Made by a program: the position numbers and the translations under genes
Shown here: in pieces, positions 21,904 to 35,700 of the stretch
Position numbering within the stretch: the first letter of the stretch is position 1
Layout: the number at the start of each line of letters is the position of its first letter
Assembly: GCF_964213995.1 (NCBI RefSeq)
Contig: NW_027591413.1
Location: 1 to 64,000, forward strand
Origin: Mustelus asterias
Taxonomy: Eukaryota
Length of the DNA stretch: 64,000 nt
Direction: 5' to 3'
The notes under the pieces: generated by a model
Database searches by the model: none
What the model was told of the DNA's origin: nothing
Seen by the model: only the letters and a program-made list of their open reading frames with translations

Positions 21904-23570
21904 TGCTCTTATTTGCCATTGTTGAGGATTGATTTGTCGAAGGAACTTTTGTTTAAATTCCTTACAAAGGTGGAATTTGTCAGCCAGTTCAACTTCTATT
22001 ACATTGCACTTTTCTGAGTCTCTGGCGAGAGATGCCTGCATCAGCAATGTTTTTTTTAAATTTCATCTTTCGCTGCTCTTTAAATCCCCGCTTGTTTTCC
22101 ATATCCCTTTAATTAGTTTTTTAAGTTGGAAATATATCTATCTCCTTATTGAAATCATCCAGCGATTGAGACTCCACCGTGCTATGCGGCAGCGAGTTCC
22201 ACCAATTCACCACACTCTGCGAGAAGTACTTCCTTCTCATCTCACTTTTAAATCCACCGCCTCTCAATCTATACCTGTGACCTCTTGTTCGGGATGGTTT
22301 ACGTTTAATCGATCAATCCCTTTTAGAATTTTATTGCCTCGGTCAGATCTCCTCTCATCCTTCTAAACTTCTTGTGGGACTATTTCACCTCACTGTTAAT
22401 TTCATGATGCAGCGAACTCAATCCGTGTTGTCATTGGCTGAAGGAGACACTTATGTACCATCCAAACAGGACATTTTGAAGGAGCAACTTGTCGATGGTA
22501 AAACAAATCTGAGATGAAAATAATGAGCAAAGGAATATGAGGTAAATCGGTTTGAGAAACTAAGTTCACTAGTTGCCCTGGAGTCCAGTGTTTTGTGTTC
22601 CACGCTCTGCTCGTGAGGTTTCGGTTCAATTCTCTCTCAGGAAAATAATTACTGCTCTGGCAAAACTGTTAGAACTAATCCGATTTACTCTCTGATCGGA
22701 AGCGGATCTATTAAATTCAGTCGAGTGATATTTTCAAGTTTACTGCATTGGAAATATCACAAGTGCAAATGTTCATGGAAAAACACTGAAAGAGAAGGAC
22801 AGTAATGGGCTGCAAAACGCTGCCAATAGAGCTGGTGATATAAGGAAAAATCTGGATGGCAATGGGTCAGATTTTGCCATGTACACTGGCACTGAATTAT
22901 GAAACTTATCCCTCACTCTTCAATGAAAAACATTTGGAAATATTTCAGTGCTGTTCGAACCGTCGGAAGCGAACGTGATAACAGTCGTGGAGTATTTGCG
23001 GCATGTTGTCATTGGCTGGACACATCATTGGGAGTGAATCAGAACGTGCCATTTTGCAGGAGAATCTTGTTTGTGGTGAAAGTGGTCTGGAGTGAAAATT
23101 GCAATAACAAAAGGAGCGTGGATGAAGCAAATTGTAAAACACGCTGTAACTTGGTGGTTAGAGTTGGATACTGCTCATTTGATTGCAGATCAGAAAATGA
23201 AGATTTGCTGCTCTCGTCCAAACCGTGAAACCAAATAAGTTATTTCCTGGAAATGTATAGAAATCTCAGTCTCGCCTTGTGCCCTGTCCTTTCTGAAGTA
23301 AAGACCCTGAGCAAATTCAGCAGAAAGTTTTGTTGTTATTTCTGGCAGGAGATTGGGAACCAGACGAGTTTGAGGACAATTTAAATGGTGCCCACCCTTA
23401 AATGCAGCTCATTGTTTTTCTAACTGGAGATGATTTTTGTTTGTTACACATTTCAGGATGACCAAATTCAATGAAAAATTAGGTTGGAGATTTCTGCTGG
23501 CCCTTCCCATCTCCATTCCTCCTATATTATTTCACTCACTATATCAGTAAATTACACGATTACAACGTCT

Positions 23571-23639
23571 GGGCGCGAGGCCGAGCGGTCTAAGGCTCCA
23601 ATCTCAGCGGAGACATGGGTTTAAATCCCACAGCTGCCA
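23571..23639 (+). pseudogene. tRNA-Leu(AAG) pseudogene with 13-nt deletion
   Basis: GGCCGAGCGGTCTAAGGCTCCAATCTC..GGGTTTAAATCCCACAGCTGCCA; deletion between the two TAAGGC repeats. Confidence 0.8.
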
Positions 23640-25077
23640 GAATTAATTTGGGTTTTGGTCCTTCCATCTAAAGTCTGACAGCTCATCTTGAATGAAAGAG
23701 TGTGAGCGGTGTCGTTTCTGGCAGGAACAACGAGGCGAGACAGTCCCAGCCGGTAGGGGAACGGAACGTGTGCGGAAGGAATGGATTTTTCCTTTCAAGA
23801 GCACACAAAGGAACATAGGCTGAATGACTGTCTGCCAGTATAAAGAAAAGATTGAAAACCGGCCTACTGATGATTTGGGATTTTCCAACTGAAGTTCAAA
23901 TCCTTTCCTGTCCGCTTCCCATCAATCCTCAATCTCACCAGATAGGTACATAATTATCCTGGCGTAACCGTGAAACCATTCTCTTTTAATTTCATTTACT
24001 TATGTTCTCATCAGATGTGACTTGACATGTTTAATTAGAACACAAATGATTTTTCAACCAATTATAATAGCTATTGCTGTTATCTGTAACATGAAATCGA
24101 TAGTGAGGTGAAATTGCCCCACAAACTGTTCATGTGTAACTTCCAATTCTCAGGACCCACCAATCTCACCTCTGTTGATCCTGTGAAATTCACAAGGTAA
24201 CATGCAACAAATATTTATCGCTGAAAGTAACTGGCACACATCAATTTCTGCCGCTTTCATCTGTAATTTGTTTCTGAAGTGTGACGGTTATTGCATTCAC
24301 CTTTTCGAAAAGTGCAAGACATTATTATTAAAAATCAATCAACTCTCAGTGTGAGGAAAAGTTGTCTCATTACCGTTTGTTGTTAAATATTAAGGGATTA
24401 CATTATCTCACAGCCATGTGATATTTGCACTTCTTCAAATTTTGAATGAGATTTTACAAAGTGCCTGCTCACGTGTCAGCCATTTAGGATAGAGGCAATG
24501 AGATACTTATTCGATCAAAGGTGTGTGAATCTTTGAAATTCTCGAGCCCAGCGATCTGTGAATCCTCAATGATTAGGATATTGAAGGCTGAGATAGAGTG
24601 TATTTTGGAATCTAAGGGAATTAAGGGCTTTCGAGATAGGGTGGGTAATTTATGTTGAGTCTGCGGATCTGCCAACATTTTACTAAGTGGTGGAGGATGC
24701 TCAGTTGGACATTTGACTAAACGCTGCTCCATTTATTCTGTTCACTGGCAATGCCAGAGATGACAGCCACCTTTTGCACTGTTAGCGATCATGAGAAATT
24801 TAAACTATTTAATTTAAGGAAACGGTATCTGTGGAGGAATGGGATCGAATCCCACCTCTGTCAGTTATGCTGCTGACTTTAAACGTAATTAAAAAGCTTT
24901 GCCCGAACATGTGGTCACAAAAATTTAATGCATTGGAATGCATAATTATTCATTGTGACAGAAGGAGCCAGCAGAAGCAATGCAAATGTAAATTGATGTG
25001 AGGAGTTCAAGGGCTTGCAAAACCAGTTTAGTTGCTCCTCCAGAAAGCCAGATCTGCTTCCATTTCGAATATCGTCA

Positions 25078-25150
25078 TTTTTCTGCAGTGTGTTGGTTAT
25101 CACATTCTCCTTATACGTGAAAGGTTTCAGCGTCGAAACCGGGCAGGGAC
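25078..25150 (+). pseudogene. tRNA-Val pseudogene
   Basis: CAGTGTGTTGGTTATCACATTCTCC..ACGTGAAAGGT..TCGAAACCGGGCAG. Confidence 0.7.
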
Positions 25151-26015
25151 TTTTCAGAATGCTTTTGATTTCAGAATTATTCTCGTTTGTCACTAAACAT
25201 TAACTGATCTGCTGAGTATTTCCAACATTTTATGATTATAGTGTCAGGAACCACGCCGTAAAAAAAAAGAACACAAGGGGGGGTCCAGGATAAAGAGCAA
25301 GAAAGGATGGATTAACTGATACAAGGAATGATAGACAGGGCAACATTGAGCAGGTGATAGTGGAGCCCGGGTGGTTCAGTGTTTGAGAGTCAATGCTTTC
25401 AACGCCAGGGCCCGGGACTGATGACAAACGGTTAACTGAACAGCACATTTTGAAGATGGAAATTGCTCAGACCCAGGAAGTGAAAAAATGTGAACACAAG
25501 CGGAAATAACGCATTTTGATGCAATTGTTTATAAGACGTTAAAATGTCAGTGTAACAGTGCTTTCATTAATGTTATTTGACTATTTGGTACAGTGGTGAT
25601 GATCATCTAATTTCCAATGTCTCACATCAGCTTCCTTGGGGGTATAGTGGTATGGCTTCAGTGACATGTAGCAGATTTGACTCTCAGCCATGGAGTGAAT
25701 AACTTTTTGTTGATTTCTTCATTAAATGAAAACAGGCCTCACAGTGTCTGTGAAGGGTGTAACACGGTTCATCGTTTAGCTGGATGAACTTGCACCAGAG
25801 CTGGAAATTTCAGAGTTGAGCTCTGAAGAAGGATACCATGGCATTCATTCTTCAGTTAAAGTAACGGACACACTCTGCCGCTATCAAGTTACATCTTTTA
25901 ACTCTGCTTCCCATCTCACATTTCCACATCTATCAAACATCACCCACCAGAAAATCCAGCCTGTTCCTCACTTCACTGATAATGAGGCACTCACTCTGCG
26001 CTCTTAATGGCAATT

Positions 26016-26083
26016 GGTTCCATAGCTCAGTGATTAGATGGTTGGTTTTGTAAGCCTGGGCTCGTGAGTTCTCGCTGGAGCTT
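26016..26083 (+). pseudogene. tRNA-Thr(TGT) pseudogene
   Basis: GGTTCCATAGCTCAGTGATTAGA..TGGTTTTGTAAGCC..TCGTGAGTTCTCGCTGGAGC; T-loop partly deleted. Confidence 0.75.
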
Positions 26084-27289
26084 CAGCTTAAAACACATCT
26101 GATCTGTAGGGACAAGGCAGCGAGACTGGCCACACGTCAAGTTTTAATGCACAGGTAAGGGCGGGTTCAATTTTGGAAAGTGAATAGGCATTCACCTTTT
26201 CGTAAAAATAGAAAGAGCAGAACATTTTTGAAAAGGTGGGAACGTTGGTGCTGATATTCAAAGAATCCGAGGTGTATTTGTAGATGGAATGCATAAAGCT
26301 AGCGTTGAGTTGCAGCAAACATTTAGGAAGGGGAATTACATTTTTGCCTTTGTTGCCAGTAGACTGGAGAACAAGAATGACGAATTGTTGCTGCAGTTGT
26401 ACAAGGTTTTGCGGGGAACACATGTGGAACATTCTGCGCAGTTTTAGTATCCAATAATTACAAACTATGAGACAAAATGGATGAACAGCAACTGACATAA
26501 GTTGAATGTATGATTGCATATGTAGAACTGGAACCCAGCATCACACCGAGTGAATCCGCTGTCTGCTTAAATGTTGCTCAGTGAAAGTTTCAACAATCCT
26601 CCACTGTGTAACATACGGGCCCTGAGTCAATAAGCAATATCCACTCGAAAGTAAAAGAGAACGTGCTAATCTGTCTCCCAACTTTCAAACATCTTGTGAT
26701 TTTCTGTACCATTTACCATGAGGATTCATCAAATAAGTGAATGCAGATGGTAACAATGTGTTCCCCCTTTCGGGAAACTGAATCATATTGATGGACAAAG
26801 AGGGACACACGCTGACACCGACAGTGACAAAGGCCCGAGGAATTGCAAACACCCATAAATCAAGGATGTCACCAAATTGGATTCAGTTTTCATCCATTTC
26901 CGGCTGGAGGTTTGGTAAATTCTCGTCGATGAACAGAAATGAAGGAATGCGGATTTGAAGCATGAAAAATGGGCCTGAATATTTGGAAGGTTTTGATTTT
27001 ATTGAACGAATTCTGGAGTACTGAAGAGAATGGAAGCTGAGCATCCCAGTGGGTGCTGTTCAAATCTTCCGCGGAAAACAACAATGGATATCAGATCCAT
27101 TACCAAAACCACTTGGACAGCACGTCAACGAGTTAATGAGTTAGTGTCACTCATACGAAATCACAGGATAGTTACAGCAACAAAGTGGAACATTCGGCCT
27201 GACGGGTTCACCCTGAAATCAGCACGCACCATCGGTTTTTGTTCTTCACACAATGCCAATCACTGAACAGCCAAAGGAGAAGAAACTTG

Positions 27290-27372
27290 GGGCAGTGGTG
27301 GGATGTGAAGACACGGTTGCTTTAGAAACTACAGCTTAAAGCTAGTGCACTCAACGTTTCAGCCACGCTACC
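27290..27372 (-). pseudogene. tRNA-Leu pseudogene
   Basis: Reverse complement GGTAGCGTGGCTGA..ATCCCACCACTGCC; length consistent with a class II tRNA. Confidence 0.65.
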
Positions 27373-27617
27373 ACTAGAACACATAATGGGTTAGGAATAG
27401 AACTTCTAACCCATCGACTCTCTCATAATATCTCCGAAACACAGACAAGGACTTATTTCCCGTCTGTTTTATATCAGACCTTTCCAGCTCTGATGAAGCA
27501 TCATCCAGCTGGAAGATTCACTCTGTTTCCCACTCCGTGGATGCTGCCAGATCGAGTTTAACTGAATGAGGAATTCACTTTAAATTTGTCAGTTCACACA
27601 GCAACGCAAAATAGTTA

Positions 27618-27689
27618 CTCTCTGGCCAGAGCTTGAACCCAAGCCACAGTGATGAAAGTTCCGAATCCTAACCAATGGATCAACAGGGA
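27618..27689 (-). pseudogene. tRNA-Glu(TTC) pseudogene
   Basis: Reverse complement TCCCTGTTGATCCATTGGTTAGGATTCGGAACTTTCATC..GGGTTCAAGC. Confidence 0.7.
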
Positions 27690-28649
27690 AGCAGACAATG
27701 ACTTCGCCAATCAACTTACCATCATTACTTTAGCTATTGCCTTTCTTCTGGTCCGTCACACACAGACAGATTTCTCATTAAAAATGTTCTGTTTTGTTCC
27801 CTATTTGTGACCTACCATCAAGCCCATGCCATGGTCCTGAAAACATTGAGTCTGAAACACTAAACCACCCGGGATCTGCCATCGGCAGCTCAAAGTTGCT
27901 TTCTTTGCCATTCCTTGTGTGAGTTCATCATGCCTTGCACTCAATCACAGACCTTCCCCTTTCGTTCTTTAAAATGAATTGGTCGCTTTGCGCCGCAGGA
28001 CATCTGTCGCGTCGTGGGCACCAACAGAGGGTTCAAAACTGAGCAGAAACATTATCAAAACACGTCCACTATAGTGTGGCAGGCTATGCCATCAAGGAAC
28101 GATTCAATAGCCCGAATGTGCTTTCTCTGGGGAATGGGGGCTGACATGATCTGATTGTGGCCTGTCAGATGGGTGACAGGATAAATAAGAAAAAAATATT
28201 TTCACTCATGAATGGAGGAGGATCAACATCAGAAATTGTTTTTTTGTTCTCGACCTCCACAGGCATTACCAGATCTTCTGAGCATTTGCAGTGTTTTCTG
28301 TTGTTGTTATTTCAGATATTCAAGATCTGCAGTATTTCATTTATTTACCTGGAGAATGTTGTGAACATGAAACCCATCACGACAGGGATTGAGATCAGCA
28401 GGAAATTCAGTGACAAAAACAAACTCTGTGAAAATAATGCTCACCAGCTGAAAGTGGAAACTGCTTCACTCAGTCATCCTGTTTACATACACAACAGCTC
28501 AGTTCCCCAGTGCAACAGGATTCATGTAGTTTCCCCACCTGTTAAAACTCCTGTTTTAAAAGTTCAGATGTCATGATTTGCAGTCAATACATTCTTATTG
28601 TCAAGACAGGGTTTCAATATACCGTCTCAGGAGAAAGCACTTGGGCATG

Positions 28650-29900
28650 AAAACTGACCGACTGCAAAACTCTCCCCTGTAAAGCTCTACCCTCCGGCAA
28701 ATATCCACCCACTGCAAATCTCTCCTATTCCCAGATTGAACGTCACTGCCCCAATTTATCAGCCCCTATCCCGGACTGAACAATAATGTCACACTTCGCA
28801 GATTACACGGTGATATTCATTGACAGTGTCCTTCCCTATCTCACACTGAATCACACGGTAACTCATCACCAGGCCTTGCACTAGTCCAAGTTTCACCAGC
28901 GGAACTCCACTTCCCCTGCCCCAAAATACACCACACTGTAAACCTTCACCAGTCAATGCCAAACTGTCCCAATTCATTGGTTAATGCTCTAGAATCAATC
29001 ACATTACTCCAACTGTCTGTTCCATTTCACAATGTGAAATACCCCATGGGAAGCTGGCCTGGTTTTATAAACATTGTCCCGTCTCATCAGTCCCTTTCCC
29101 AATCTGATCCATAAAATGTTTCACCTGATATCTCGCTGTCCCCGATTTAACCAGCCTGTCTCACAATACGACACATTTTTCTAGACAGAACCACACTGTC
29201 CCATCTCACCAATCCCATCCTGACACCGAAACCTACTATCCAACCTCACATATTTCTGTCAATTATAGACCCACATTTTGCCACCTCGTCGCTCCCCGAA
29301 CTAGATTATAACACACAGCCCCTTGAATTGTCTCGGCCCTTGACTCAATTAGACTTGCTCACATCATCGGTCCCTCGCCCTGAATGCACCACACTGAATC
29401 ACCTTAGTAGCCCCTGTTCCGAGATAAAGTAAGCATTCCAATTTCAACAGTCCTGTCCCAGGCCAATAAATACTGACCCAAACCAAATGTCCCTTCCCCA
29501 GGCAAAATTGCAATACCGCATCTAACACTTCTTTATCCCATGGTTAACCATTCCAAAGTTCTCTGTCCGAAACCTAGTTGCAGTAACCCACCTAACCACC
29601 CTCTATACAGGACTGACCCACAATGAGCCCTAATTAGACCTTTCCTCCGAGTATAACTGACTGTCACACTTCACTCTGCCCAATCCATCAAAGCCCAAAG
29701 TTGCATTTAGCAGCTTGAGCCACAATTCTTCCAGTATTTCCTTCAGTTCGTGACGGAAACCTAGTTCTGCAGATCACCAGCCGCTGTCCCTGAATGAAAA
29801 ATGCTGTGGTATCTCAATGATGTCCGGCCCAATCTGAACAGTCACAATTCAGCATTTCCTTCCTTAGGATGAACATCATCAAGGTCACCCGAAACAAAAT
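28650..29900. repeat. Heavily decayed C-rich tandem repeat (~40-bp motif)
   Basis: Recurring CACACTGTCCCA.TT(C)ACCAG.CCC.GTCCC.GA motifs; no credible ORF. Confidence 0.5.
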
Positions 29901-31639
29901 ATTACAAACGCTGCCGAATTCACCGATGCTTTCAGAAGGCTCATCCACAGTTAAGCGTGGGATGAAATGGCTTTTGCGGACAGAAGGATGAATGAAGTAA
30001 ATGCATGGGGTGGAGAACGTGTCTGGATATCGGGACGGAGAATTGATCACTGCAGAGATAGAATAGAACCAGAGGCCAGAAAGGGAGAGAGAGGCCTTGA
30101 TGAAGGTGTGGACGTGTTGGTCAATGTCGTAATGTCCGTCCCCAAAGAATATTATCCACAATTTGGATTATTTTTTGACAGCTGAACCTTCACAACCAAC
30201 GCACTGCATACTGTAGATATAATGTTTGGATGAGAACATTGAAAGTGCAATATAAATATTTTCTTAACAAATTGATTAAGACTTCAAACAGAGTGATCAT
30301 ATGATCAATAAATCTCAGATGGCTCAGGAAGTTTTCAATAATTGTGTTAACACTTATGGAGCAGTGTTATTCTTCAATCTCCGCCCGGCTTGTAAGAACT
30401 GAACAGATCAAAAACATATAGAGGGATTATATGACAGGAATTATCTAAAGAATTCAATGTTCATAATCATAAATTTCCACCTATCTGGGGGAGGTGGCTA
30501 GTCCATAGATATAGGAGAGAATTAGGCCACTCGGCCCATCGATCTGCTCCACCATTGAATCATGACTGATTTTTTTCTCATCCCCATTCTCCTGCCTTTT
30601 CCCCATAACCCCTGATCCCCTTATGAATCAAAAATCTATCTATCTCTGTCTTAAAGATACTCAATCACCTGGCCTCCACAGCCTTCTGCGGCAAAGAGTT
30701 CCACAGATTCACCACTCTCTGGCTGCCAAAATTCCTCCTCATCTTTGTTTAAAAGGATTGTCCCTTGAGCCTGAGGTTGTCCCCACTGTGGGTCACAGGG
30801 ATCTGCAGAACTGTCACTGAACAAAATAATTATTCAATCATTGTTCCAACTGTCCGCCCATTCCAGCCACTAGTCTTTGCAGTTCTGAAGCTCTGTGTTG
30901 ATTCTCCTCACATTTTACAATGCTTCATTGACTGATGTCACTTGTAAGCATTGATTCGTTTTTATTTATACGAGATAGATTGATTGAATTGATAAAATGA
31001 CATTATGTTATTGTGGAATTTTGAACCGAGGGACATAGCGTATTAGGAGAAATGATAGGCTACTCGGCTCTTCGAGCCTGCTCCACCATTCAATAAGGCC
31101 GCAGCTGATTTGATAATATCTTGGATGCCACATCCCTCCCTGCCTTACATAACCTTTCACTACTTTTTAATCAATGAACTATGGAGCTCAGCATTAAAAA
31201 AAAACTAAGACTCTGCTTCCAATGCCTTCTGAGGAAGAGTTGCAAAGACTCACGAATTTCTGAGAAAAATAATAATTTCTCATTTCTGTCTTACATGAAC
31301 GAGTACTCATTATGTAACTGCAATCTTTAGTTCTATATGCTCCTACAAACGGAAACATTAGCTGCACATCACTATTAAGAACTCTCAGAATCTTAAAAGT
31401 TTCAATCAAGTTGCCTCTTCCTCTTTTAAACTCCGGTGGATGCAAGCCTAAACTGTGCAATATCTTGTTGTAACACGACCCATCCATTCCTGGCATTAAC
31501 CCAGGTTTCATCACTGTCCAGCAAAACTGATGTAGCGTTAAGAATGTATTAGGATTGCGATAACGGTTAAACAAGTTGCTGACGTTTGTTTACTCGGAAG
31601 ACAAGCAGGCTTGACTGATATTTAGCATTGATGCCTCAT

Positions 31640-31915
31640 TGAGCCAGGGACCCGGTTTCGATTCCTGGCTTGGGTCACTGTCTGTGCAGAGTCTGCAGGT
31701 TCACCCCATGTCAGGGTTGTTTTCCTCTGGATGCTCCGGTTTCCTCCCACAGTCCGAAAGACGTGCTGGTTAGGTGCATTGGCCATGCTAAACTCTCCCA
31801 CATTGTTCCCGAACAGGCGTCACAATGTGGTGTCTCTGGGATTTTCACAGTAACTTCGTTGCAGTGTTAATGTAAGCCGACTTGTGACGAATCAATAAAC
31901 GTTAAATAATAAACG
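31640..31915 (+). mobile_element. V-SINE-like SINE, alternative-tail subfamily
   Basis: Core as in HE1-like copies; tail TTTTCACAGTAACTTCGTTGCAGTGTTAATGTAAGCCGACTTGTGAC..AATAAAC. Confidence 0.8.
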
Positions 31916-32603
31916 GGTCGACAGTGGAGAGTCAAATGATACCCACTTAAATCTGCTGTCGAAAATATCTCTGGATCGATAGAATTGCTTCCACACTCAC
32001 TGAAAGGAGAAATGTATGGTTTAGAAGATTTGATGCTGAGTCTGGTATACATGGCACTTTCCCATTGATCACCAATAATACAAAGAATATTGAGATGTGT
32101 TTGCAAAGCAGGTTGGAGAGGTGACTTAGTTTACTTTCGAAGAAGTCTCCTGAAAACAATGATGAATGTGAGGTTCAGTGCCTTGATTTCGAGAGTTTAT
32201 GTCTCGAGTTTGCTGAATAGCAGCAGTGTAATATTTGCAATCATCCTGCTTCTGGCATGTCTCATGTATCAACTGATAGATCAACATTATTTCCACAATC
32301 TCTAGTAAATTCACACTTATACACGGAATGAAATTTTGAAATTGTAGACTGACATTTATCAACAAGGATAATAGTTCTGATTTTATTTCACTTCAGATCA
32401 GTAACTGTGCGATTCAATATTCTTCATTTCAAAAGATTGTTCAGATTCATATGGCATTGGCGCAATCGTCCAACATGAGTGCAAAGCATTTTCAATAAAC
32501 ATGTATTTCGCAAGGAATGCTGAATTATCTCGTGTATTCAGCGATTGTGATTAATGTCAGTCAGAACATAGTTTAATTGTTTCGCTGGGGACATTCCTCA
32601 CTC

Positions 32604-32610
32604 TATAAAT
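32604..32610 (+). promoter_or_regulatory. TATA box of the GPR139-like gene
   Basis: TATAAAT about 95 nt upstream of ACCATG (32701). Confidence 0.5.
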
Positions 32611-32700
32611 AGAGAATGATTTCATTGTGTGTTGTAATATTTCAGTGAGCGCAGTTACCAGTAGAAAGAGTGATCATTGAATCTCAAAGGCACTCTCACC

Positions 32701-35700
32701 ATGTTATGGATTATTCCACTTGATCTTCGTATTCATTGGGTACTTTACGATATCCAAACAATTTACTATCCGCTCCTCGCTGCCGTTGGTGTCACTGGTG
32801 AGTTATATTTCACTGCATTTATCACCCGGTCCATGAGATGCAGTTATGGACAGCATTCTGTGTAACCTTAATAGCCTGTATCTGCTAATGCCCTGGGAGC
32901 ATTTCATATAATATTTGATCTCTAGCAGGCTCAATGGTCGCAGCTCCACAAATAGTTTGAAACAGCCAACATACATGGCTGCAGTTATTTTGCTTTAGAT
33001 TTGAATAAATGTGGAGATAATCATTGAAAATATATTCAACCTTCAGTTCCCTTTCATGGGAAGACGCAGATTGCTTTCCAGACTGAATCACAGTAGGAAC
33101 CAGGAAAATGTATAGTAAGAGGCTTTTGAACCTTGCTGTATGTTGTTAATGTTGCTGATCCGTGAAAAGTAGCGCTGGCAGATATACCGCAATTAAACTC
33201 AGATATATGCAGCAATTTCCAATGCACTTCACATTTTCCTGCTCTGCTTCCTCATTATGGAATCTATATAGCAGGATAGAACTGGAACTAAAACACTGTT
33301 CCAGTGAAATTATTATTTCATTTCCCGATTATTGCTGAAAGAGACGTTTTACCTTTTTTTTCGACTTACGCATTGTAAGAGACCTTGAAAGAAATGACCA
33401 ACTCTAACACGAGAACAATATTTCAGGTTATTTGAGAAGATAGAGTTGATTGGTTGGCAAGTAGATTCTGATGGGCGGAAATTTAAACTGATGAAAGTTT
33501 TTGCAGGAGCTGAGCCTGGAATGATCCTCTGGCAACACCATCTATTCGGGCCTCATTTGTGTCCCTACCTCACACAAATGAGTTGCTATATTCTTAATTT
33601 CAATGAATGACGATTCATTCGACCACCATGTCAGTCAATGTTTTTGACACCTTGAGTGGTACATTTGTGAACAAGCTGACAATATTGATCGATGCATGAA
33701 CACAGAATTGCTATCGATATGCAGGTGCTGTGAGATGTTGGAAATGTTGATGGATCCTTCAGTGTGTTTGTGGGAAACTTGCTCAGATCTGTTTGTAGTT
33801 CCTCGCAAAACCATTTGGTCAATTCGTGTTGTGCTCTATCAGTCATAATAAAGATGGTCTGGAACAGCACACTACTTCTGCGAGTGTTCACCAGTCCATA
33901 CATCCAAAGACTCAATGAGGTGAGGACAAATCATGTCCCACAAACGAACAGACATTTTGTTCCTTGTTCCTTTTATAACTTGATTTCGAGCAGGGCTCTC
34001 CGTTTATGCAAAGTGGCAGTTCAATGGATATTTGGATCCATCTTCGTGCATGCAGTCAGTTTTCTTGATATTGTCACCATTGTTCGGGATGATTATTTCA
34101 GTTGCTTTGCCGGGATTAAAGATATTGAAGTCTGGAGGAAGGCAAGAAATGATGTACCAAGAGATGTAGAGGAAAAGATTGCAAAGGTGATTCTGGATCG
34201 GAGCGAAAGTAACAGGTTGTTGTACTGGGGGACTTTAACTTTACAAATATTGACTGGAAAAGCTATTGTTCGAGTACTTTAGAGGGGTCGGTTTTTGTCC
34301 AATGTGTGCAGGAAGGCTTCCTGACGCAGTACATAGATAGACCAACAAGAGGCGAGGCCACATTGGATTTGGTACTGGGTAATGAACCAGGCCAGGTGTT
34401 AGATTTGGAGGTAAGTGCGCACTTTGGTGACAGTGAACACAATTCGATTACGTTTACCTTAGCAATGGAAAAGGATAGGTTACCTTAGCAATGGAAAAGG
34501 ATAGGTATATACCAAAGGGCAAGAGTTAGAGCAGGGGGAAAGGAAATTATGATGCGATTAGGCGAGATTCAGCTGGCATAGGTTGGGGAAGGAAACTGCA
34601 GGGGATGGGCACAATTGAAATGTGGAACTTGTTCAAGGAACAGCTACTACACGTCCTTGATAAATATGTACCTGTCAGGCAGTGAGGAAGCAGACGTGTG
34701 AGGGAACCGTGGTTTACTAAGGAGGTTGAATCTCTTGTGAAGAGGAAGAAGGAGACTTATGTTCAGATGAGACGTGAAGGCTCAGTTAGGGCACTTGAGA
34801 GTTACAGGTTAGCCAGGAAGGACGTACAGGAAGAGTTAAGAAGAGCCAGGAGGGGACATGAGAAGTCCTTGGCAGGTAGGATCAAGGAAAACCCTAAAGC
34901 TTTCTATAGGTATGTCAGGAGTAAAAGAATGACGAGGGTAAGATTAGGGCCAGTCAAGGACAGCAGTGGGAAGTTGTGCGCGGAGTCTGAAGAGATAGGA
35001 GAGGCACTAAATGAATATTTTTCGTCGGTGTTCACACTGGAGAGGGACAGTGTTGTCGAGGGGAGTACTGAGATGCAGGCTGTTGGACTGGATGGGATTG
35101 ACGTTCATAAGGAGGAGGTGTTAGCAATTGTGGAAAGGGTAAAAATAGATAAGTCCCCTCGGCCGGGTGGGATTTATCCTAGAATTCTCTGGGATGCTAG
35201 AGAGGAGATTGCAGAGCCTTTGGCTTTGATCTTTGCATCGTCATTGTCTACAGGAACAGTTCCAGAAGACTGGAGGATAGCAAATGTTGTCCCCTTGCTC
35301 AAGAAGGGGAGCAGGGACAACCCTGGTAATTATAGACCGATGAGTCTTACTTCTGTTGTGGGGAAAGTATTGGAAAGGAATACAAGAGAAAGGATTTATA
35401 ATTACCTGGAAAGGAATAATTTGATTTTGGTTTTGTGAAGGGTAGGTCGTGCCTCACAAACCTTGTTGAGTTCTTTGAGAAGGTGACCAAAGAGGTGGAT
35501 GAGGATAAAGCGGTTGATGTGGTGTATATGGATTTCAGCAAAGCGTTTGATAAGGTTCCCCATGGTAAGCTTTTGCAGAAAATACGGACACTTGGGATTG
35601 AGGGTGATTTAGTGGTTTGGATCAGGAATTGGCTAGCTGTAAGAAAACAGAGGGTGGTGATTGATGGGAAATTTTCATCCTGGAGTTCAGTTACTAGTGG

